DNA of 57,804 nucleotides from Patescibacteria group bacterium (lineage in GTDB: Bacteria > Patescibacteriota > Minisyncoccia > Phycocordibacterales > UBA12079): the NCBI GenBank assembly GCA_034661035.1, contig JAYEKM010000029.1, positions 1-57,804 on the forward strand, read 5' to 3'. Below are positions 53,131 to 57,804 of the stretch, in pieces (positions within the stretch are counted from its first letter, which is position 1; each line of letters opens with the position of its first letter). The notes beneath the pieces are model-generated. The model saw only the letters and a program-made list of their open reading frames with translations, did no database searches and was not told the DNA's origin. Position numbers and translations under genes: made by a program.

Positions 53131-53178
53131 CTATTTATTTGAGAAAAGTCTTTTTTTTTGATAAACTAACTCTACTAA

Positions 53179-53249
53179 GCGGGTATAGTTTAGTGGTAGA
53201 ACACGTCCTTGCCAAGGATGAAACGGGAGTTCGATTCTCCCTATCCGCA
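53179..53249 (+). tRNA. tRNA-Gly(GCC)
   Basis: Acceptor GCGGGTA/TATCCGC, anticodon arm CGTCC-TTGCCAA-GGATG, T-arm GGGAG-TTCGATT-CTCCC, discriminator A. Confidence 0.9.
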
Positions 53250-53251
53250 CA

Positions 53252-53551
53252 CTAAATTTCGTTTTAAATTATGTTCTACTTATATATACTTGGTAGCCAA
53301 AAAGATAAAAATATCTATATTGGTTCAACAAACAACCTAATAAAAAGATTTAAAGAACATAATTCTGGAAAAGTCTCCTCTACAAAATCTAGGGTTCCTT
53401 TTGAATTACTTTATTATGAATCATATAGAACAGAACAAGAAGCTCACAACAGAGAATCTGCTCTAAAACTAAGAGGTCAAGCCCGTGTACAACTTTTAAA
53501 AAGAATAGGCTCAACAATGAAACTTTTCCTAAACGAAAATTAGTGTGCGGA
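53252..53551 (+). mobile_element. ORF-sized GIY-YIG cassette flanked by 12-bp direct repeats of the tRNA-Gly 3' end
   Basis: CCTATCCGCACA occurs at 53240-53251 (tRNA 3' end) and again at 53552-53563. The 300-bp interval contains only the 273-bp GIY-YIG ORF. Confidence 0.45.
53271..53543 (+). CDS. Stand-alone GIY-YIG nuclease domain protein
   Basis: MFYLYILGSQKDKNIYIGSTNNLIKRFKEHN...E...R (GIY-YIG pattern). Paralog of 21287-21526. Confidence 0.8.
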   Translation: MFYLYILGSQKDKNIYIGSTNNLIKRFKEHNSGKVSSTKSRVPFELLYYESYRTEQEAHNRESALKLRGQARVQLLKRIGSTMKLFLNEN

Positions 53552-53570
53552 CCTATCCGCACAAAAATAA

Positions 53571-53601
53571 AAAACCTCTTAGTGAAACTAAGGGGTTTTT
53601 T
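53571..53601. terminator. Bidirectional terminator
   Basis: AAAA-CCTCTTA-gtgaaac-TAAGGGG-TTTTTT between the GIY-YIG gene (+) and mscS (-). Confidence 0.6.
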
Positions 53602-53622
53602 ACTCTACACAGCAGTGAAACC

Positions 53623-54678
53623 TTATTTTTGATAAACAACTCTAGTCGGATAAGCCATTTCAATCCCCTCTTCCTCAAAGATCTCCATAATCTTTATATT
53701 AATTTTTTGCTGAATGTCCATGTACTTTTTATAATCATCAGTTTCTACAAAATAAACAACCTCAAAATTTAAAGCTGAATCATCAAAGCGATTAAAATGA
53801 GCTCTGTCGAACCTAGCTTTACTTATTTCTGAGATAATTTCTTTAATCGTCTTGGGAATTTTCTTGATTTGCTTAAGAGGAGTTTCGTAAACCACACCAA
53901 AAGAAAAACTTATCTTTCTTTCTTTTAATTTTTTAAAATTATGAATTTGGGTAGAGGTTAATTCTTGATTAGAAAAAACAATTTCCTCTCCTTGAGAAGC
54001 TTGAATCCTCGTTGTCTTAATCCCAATTTTTTTAACCGTTCCACTCTTATCCCCTACTCGAATAAAATCACCTGGTAAAAATGGTTTGTCAAAAAAGATT
54101 GCAAAGGAGCTAAACAAGTCACCTAAAATATTTTTCATGGCGAAAGCAAAAGCAATACCACCAACTCCTAATCCAGCCACCAAGGAAGTAATGTTAACCC
54201 CAAGGTTTGATAAAACTAATAACAAACCAAAAGACCAAATCATTATTTTTGCAAAACTGCTTAAATAAGAAAAAGCTAATTTAGTTCCAGCATCATCTTT
54301 CCTTTCAGAAATTTTCTTGAAAATGTAATCAACCAAAACGAGAATTGCCTTGATGACTTGGTAGACAATTAGAATAATTAAAATACCATTAATAATCTCA
54401 AGGACCGATTCCTTAATTTCCAAAAAAGGTAAGACAAAATAAATTGACAGAAAGTAATAAAAAGGTGGCCTTAAACTTCGAATTGCTTCGATTAAGATAT
54501 CATCAATATCTGTCTCAGTTGTCTTGGCTAATTTTTTAAGACGACTCAAAATAATTAATTGAAATATCTTAAAGATAATTAAAAATAAAATTAAAGCTAT
54601 TAAAGCTATTGAGTAATCTAAGACAGAATTTCCCAACAAAGTGATATTCCAACTAGCTTGTGATAATTGACTGAACAT
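53623..54678 (-). CDS. mscS: Small-conductance mechanosensitive channel (MscS family)
   Basis: N-terminal TM helices followed by the MscS beta domain FLPGDFIRVGDKSGTVKKIGIKTTRI. Confidence 0.85.
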   Translation of the reverse strand: MFSQLSQASWNITLLGNSVLDYSIALIALILFLIIFKIFQLIILSRLKKLAKTTETDIDDILIEAIRSLRPPFYYFLSIYFVLPFLEIKESVLEIINGILIILIVYQVIKAILVLVDYIFKKISERKDDAGTKLAFSYLSSFAKIMIWSFGLLLVLSNLGVNITSLVAGLGVGGIAFAFAMKNILGDLFSSFAIFFDKPFLPGDFIRVGDKSGTVKKIGIKTTRIQASQGEEIVFSNQELTSTQIHNFKKLKERKISFSFGVVYETPLKQIKKIPKTIKEIISEISKARFDRAHFNRFDDSALNFEVVYFVETDDYKKYMDIQQKINIKIMEIFEEEGIEMAYPTRVVYQK

Positions 54679-54914
54679 AATTATAATTAATTTATTTACT
54701 AAAAATTAAAAGAAATTTAATTCTTTCTTTTCTTATTCTACACTTCCCTCTTGTCATTATCAATAAAAAAAAATATTTCCTTGCTTTTTTAATGTCTCTG
54801 ATTAAAATTAGGTCAGTTAGTTAATTGTTCTTAATCAGAAACGAATAACTTAACGGATTTAGGTTATTCAAAAAACCCTAAACCATCAAAGATGGTCGGA
54901 TAAAGGAGAGAAAA

Positions 54915-55193
54915 ATGGAAAAGAAAAGAGTTTCTAGAGTTCGTAAGGTTATTACTGAAAAGCAATTCACCATAGACAAAATCCGTGAAATTATTGCGGA
55001 TCGTCTAGACGTCAAATTTGACGAAGTACTTCCTGAAGCATCTTTTGCTGACGACCTTGGAGCTGATTCATTAGATCAGGTAGAACTGATTATGGCGATG
55101 GAAGAAGAGTTTAACCTTTCCATTAAGGATGAAGATGTCGAAAAACTTTTAACTGTCAGAAAAGTTATTGAATATATTTCCGATCATACGTAA
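54915..55193 (+). CDS. acpP: Acyl carrier protein
   Basis: Phosphopantetheine site [20 protein letters not shown]. Strong RBS AAAGGAG. Confidence 0.85.
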   Translation: MEKKRVSRVRKVITEKQFTIDKIREIIADRLDVKFDEVLPEASFADDLGADSLDQVELIMAMEEEFNLSIKDEDVEKLLTVRKVIEYISDHT

Positions 55194-55213
55194 AATTTCT
55201 CCTCTTCAGTCTG

Positions 55214-55243
55214 AACCCCTCCCTTCACAGGAAGGGGTTTCTT
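55214..55243 (+). terminator. Intrinsic terminator after acpP
   Basis: AACCCCTCCC-ttcaca-GGAAGGGGTT followed by TCTT. Confidence 0.55.
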
Positions 55244-55372
55244 AAATTAATATTTCAAACTTTTATTTTATGGAACGTATATTTAGAAATTGCTTTTCTT
55301 CTAGTTATGATGTATAAACCTAGATGGATAGTACTTTTAATAAAAACCCCTACCAAAGAAAGGAGATAAAAA

Positions 55373-55780
55373 ATGGAAAAAAGAAGTTTTTTCACACTCG
55401 TTGGTTTGATGGTATTGCTGTCTTACAGCACAATTGTTTACGCGGAACCTTTCCGACCAAGAGGGCATATTATCATCGCTCCAAAGTTTATGATAGTAAA
55501 TTGTGACACCACTGGACAGAAAGTCCCCATTACAGTCCAATGGAAGGACGGAACTCCTTCAAACGGCTGGCTCGTCGGAGCAAAAGTTTACATCAACAAT
55601 AGCGAAGACCTGATCTTAACGGAAACTCTGTACGGAGCAAACAGAGAAGGTCAAACCTCTTTTGAAATCCCTGAAAACACAGAGGAAGGTTATATTGAGG
55701 TAATCTTCAACGTCTTTGATGGGAAGTCTCTTCCTGTACAAACAGTCATCCTATACAGAAAAGGTGTTCCACACCGTTGA
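55373..55780 (+). CDS. Secreted hypothetical protein (135 aa)
   Basis: Signal peptide ending VYA/EP. Strong RBS AAAGGAG 7 nt upstream. Beta-rich sequence. Confidence 0.6.
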   Translation: MEKRSFFTLVGLMVLLSYSTIVYAEPFRPRGHIIIAPKFMIVNCDTTGQKVPITVQWKDGTPSNGWLVGAKVYINNSEDLILTETLYGANREGQTSFEIPENTEEGYIEVIFNVFDGKSLPVQTVILYRKGVPHR

Positions 55781-55800
55781 TTGATGTAAAGATGGTTTAC

Positions 55801-55853
55801 ATCCCTGATTTGCAAAAACAATTTATTGTTAAGTAAATCAGGGATTTTGTTTT
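55801..55853 (+). terminator. Intrinsic terminator
   Basis: ATCCCTGATTT / AAATCAGGGAT 11-bp stem followed by TTTGTTTT. Confidence 0.6.
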
Positions 55854-55961
55854 ATACAACGAAATAATTCCAATAATTCAGCTACCCAACTTGACAAATA
55901 TCTTTTTAGTGTTATTATTATAAACGGTTTTGTTCTTACTTAATTTTAAGAGGAGGAGAAA

Positions 55962-56213
55962 ATGGAAAATACTTTGGGAATTTTAAATTTAGAGAAGAAA
56001 AGACGTCCATGGTGGCTGAATCAAATATCTCTATTTATAATGTTTGTTGGGATGATAACCCTCATTGGCTGGGCCGCGGTATCATGGATGCAAATCCCCT
56101 ACGTTCACCATTCTGTGAGCAAAAATAAGGCCGTTGCTGTCTTCACGGCCGACGGGAAACCCCTCCCTCTTGAGCCCCTCCCAGACCGATACGAAATCAT
56201 TAATGTCAAATAA
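55962..56213 (+). CDS. Small membrane protein (83 aa)
   Basis: RBS GAGGAGG 6 nt upstream. One TM: ISLFIMFVGMITLIGWAAV. Confidence 0.55.
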   Translation: MENTLGILNLEKKRRPWWLNQISLFIMFVGMITLIGWAAVSWMQIPYVHHSVSKNKAVAVFTADGKPLPLEPLPDRYEIINVK

Positions 56214-56229
56214 ATGATTTTATACAAAC

Positions 56230-56257
56230 AGACCGCTCTCCCTGAGCGGTCTTTTTT
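56230..56257 (+). terminator. Intrinsic terminator
   Basis: GACCGCT-ctccctg-AGCGGTC followed by TTTTTT. Confidence 0.7.
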
Positions 56258-56321
56258 CATTAAAAATAAAACAGGTTAGAAACAAAAAAACGCTCAAAAA
56301 CTGAGTGTTTTTTTATTCTAG

Positions 56322-56394
56322 TCGGGATGCCGGGATTCGAACCCGGAGTCGCTCGCTCCCAAAGCGAGAATGTTAGCCGTTACACCACATCCCG
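56322..56394 (-). tRNA. tRNA-Pro(UGG)
   Basis: Read on the reverse complement: acceptor CGGGATG/CATCCCG, anticodon arm CTCGC-TTTGGGA-GCGAG, T-arm CCGGG-TTCGAAT-CCCGG, discriminator A. Confidence 0.9.
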
Positions 56395-56439
56395 ATTATT
56401 TTTATACCATTATATACTACCATATTTACTATTGAAAAC

Positions 56440-56472
56440 AAAAAAACACCCTACCAAAATCTTGGTAGGGTG
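56440..56472 (-). terminator. Intrinsic terminator after the 273-aa gene
   Basis: Perfect 11-bp CACCCTACCAA/TTGGTAGGGTG stem. A U-run follows on the minus strand. Confidence 0.65.
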
Positions 56473-56507
56473 AGTACATCATTGTTATCTATATTGGACT
56501 TCCCTTG

Positions 56508-57329
56508 TTATCCCTTCGTTGATGACGAACACTCTCCGTAGGGTTCCCAGAAATAAATATCCTGGGAATAGGATTCACCTGAAAGAAGGATAAAAGTCAC
56601 TAGAAATGACTCCCCTTGATAGTTTCCATAAGTATCGGGGTCAACCATCACTGAAATTTGAGCATTACCCCATTCATTGATTGACGATACAAAAACTTCC
56701 AAAGAAGTCCTGTCAATATTCATGGTAATCTTATCGCCGACAGCAAATTTCGTCGAAAAATAAGAGTATAACGTAAAGGAGAGTTTTACTTGACTATCTT
56801 CTGTGCAAACATCAGATAGCCATACTTCAAAAGCCGGCACTGTTACTACCTTAGTGTAGCGAAAGTACCATTCTGAAGTAATGTAAATCCTCATCTCCAG
56901 AGAGTATTCCCCAGGACCGGGCACGTATACACCGGTCTGAACATAAGGAAAAGAATAAGTTTCATACTCTCCTGAGTTATGAAGGATCTGGGTGTCTTGG
57001 GGGTTCGTCAAAGATACATACCCCCAATCTCCGAAGCTTGCTGGCCCCTTAATGCCATAAATAACCTGGTATTCCGGTTTAATTCCCTCGGCATAAAAAC
57101 CGAGAAAGTACTTCTCCTCTTCCCCCCATCCACCAAACCAAACTTCCGGAGTGGTAATTTCTTCATCGCTCTCCTTCGGATACATTGCTTTACCGGAGTA
57201 AGTGTTGACAGAAACAGCACTGGCACTGACCCACTGACATCGATCCTTCTTGGGCGGATCAGCAAAGGTAATCGATGTAAAAACCAGACAAAAAGCAACC
57301 ATCATTCCAAAAACCACTATTTTTTTCAT
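56508..57329 (-). CDS. Secreted hypothetical protein (273 aa)
   Basis: Signal peptide ending TFA/DP. RBS AAAGGAG. Aromatic-rich beta-type sequence. No family recognised. Confidence 0.6.
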   Translation of the reverse strand: MKKIVVFGMMVAFCLVFTSITFADPPKKDRCQWVSASAVSVNTYSGKAMYPKESDEEITTPEVWFGGWGEEEKYFLGFYAEGIKPEYQVIYGIKGPASFGDWGYVSLTNPQDTQILHNSGEYETYSFPYVQTGVYVPGPGEYSLEMRIYITSEWYFRYTKVVTVPAFEVWLSDVCTEDSQVKLSFTLYSYFSTKFAVGDKITMNIDRTSLEVFVSSINEWGNAQISVMVDPDTYGNYQGESFLVTFILLSGESYSQDIYFWEPYGECSSSTKG

Positions 57330-57472
57330 TTTTTCTCCTTTTTTCCTTCAAGTTTTTAAGCAATTTTTTAAACTACACCAACCCTATTTCACCTCCTTTC
57401 TCTTTTGATTTTTTATGTTTAAGAACTTAATGACCTGCCATATAATATATACTTTTTATATATTTTGTCAAG

Positions 57473-57804
57473 TCAAATTATTATGTCTTTAAAGGATTTA
57501 ACCCTAGAAACCTTATTTTCTAAATCTAGAAATACAACAATAATATCAAATTGCCACTCTACTTTATTAGAAAAACCCCTCTCTACTAGATAAGTCTGAA
57601 AAACACGTGATAATCGTTTTAACTTCTGGGAGTGAACATTGTTATCTACCCTATAATTACTCATCTTATCAGGAATCCCCTCCTTCAGACCATCACAAGA
57701 AACAGTTTTAACCTCTATAAAATAAAGTTTTTTAGTTTTCCTATTTTTAACCACTACATCAATTTCCCCCCATTTCTTCCAATAATTCCTTTCTATTATT
57801 TTAA
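57473..57804 (-). CDS. YraN (UPF0102) family endonuclease-like protein, 5' end outside the window
   Basis: The reading frame stays open to the window edge (...ERNYWKKWGEIDVVVKNRKTKKLYFIEVKTV...). GEID...EVK is the YraN/PD-(D/E)xK-like core. Confidence 0.6.
   Translation of the reverse strand, partial: KIIERNYWKKWGEIDVVVKNRKTKKLYFIEVKTVSCDGLKEGIPDKMSNYRVDNNVHSQKLKRLSRVFQTYLVERGFSNKVEWQFDIIVVFLDLENKVSRVKSFKDIII

Overview
This is a 57.8-kb AT-rich bacterial chromosome segment. One 100-nt hand count in a core gene gave about 35% G+C. I had no search tools, so all product calls rest on motifs read in the supplied translations and on hand folding of the DNA.

Gene content: a complete type IV pilus operon (three pilins, PilC, PilT, PilB, PilM/N/O-like), the DNA-uptake genes ComEC and ComF, RecJ, RecG, RNase HI, FtsH, SmpB plus tmRNA, NusA, Tig-ClpP, RNase Y, HU, MscS, ACP and PPase. 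Pgk and TpiA are the only central-metabolism genes. Together with almost no Shine-Dalgarno (SD) usage, this looks like a small-genome Patescibacteria/CPR-type organism (inference).

RNA genes: tRNA-Ser(GCU), tRNA-Gly(GCC), tRNA-Pro(UGG), tmRNA, and an unusual pair of tRNA-Ile(UAU)-like genes in which one complete tRNA sits inside the anticodon loop of the other.

Most interesting items:
1. 34.3-45.5 kb: a six-gene surface-fibre locus. It is built around a PilB/GspE paralog that keeps its P-loop but has lost the catalytic Glu and the His box. It also contains an 871-aa tail-fibre-like protein with a C-terminal S74-type autoproteolytic chaperone domain, and a 1481-aa Cys-rich multi-repeat surface protein. 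A ~210-aa C-terminal module is shared by two of the proteins.
2. The nested tRNA (17176-17399).
3. Two ORF-sized GIY-YIG cassettes immediately 3' of tRNA-Gly and tmRNA. Each is bracketed by a short duplicate of the RNA 3' end.
4. An HTH-Fic cassette next to tRNA-Ser with flanking direct repeats, a four-copy operator-like 13-mer array and a His-to-Gln Fic motif.
5. Two diverged secreted C10 (streptopain-like) protease genes whose insertion left a relic of the HIT gene 3' end.
6. A small set of genes with strong GGAGG ribosome-binding sites in a genome that otherwise lacks them, suggesting foreign origin.
7. Several families of intergenic palindromes and inverted repeats.

No CRISPR array, rRNA, transposase or integrase was seen.
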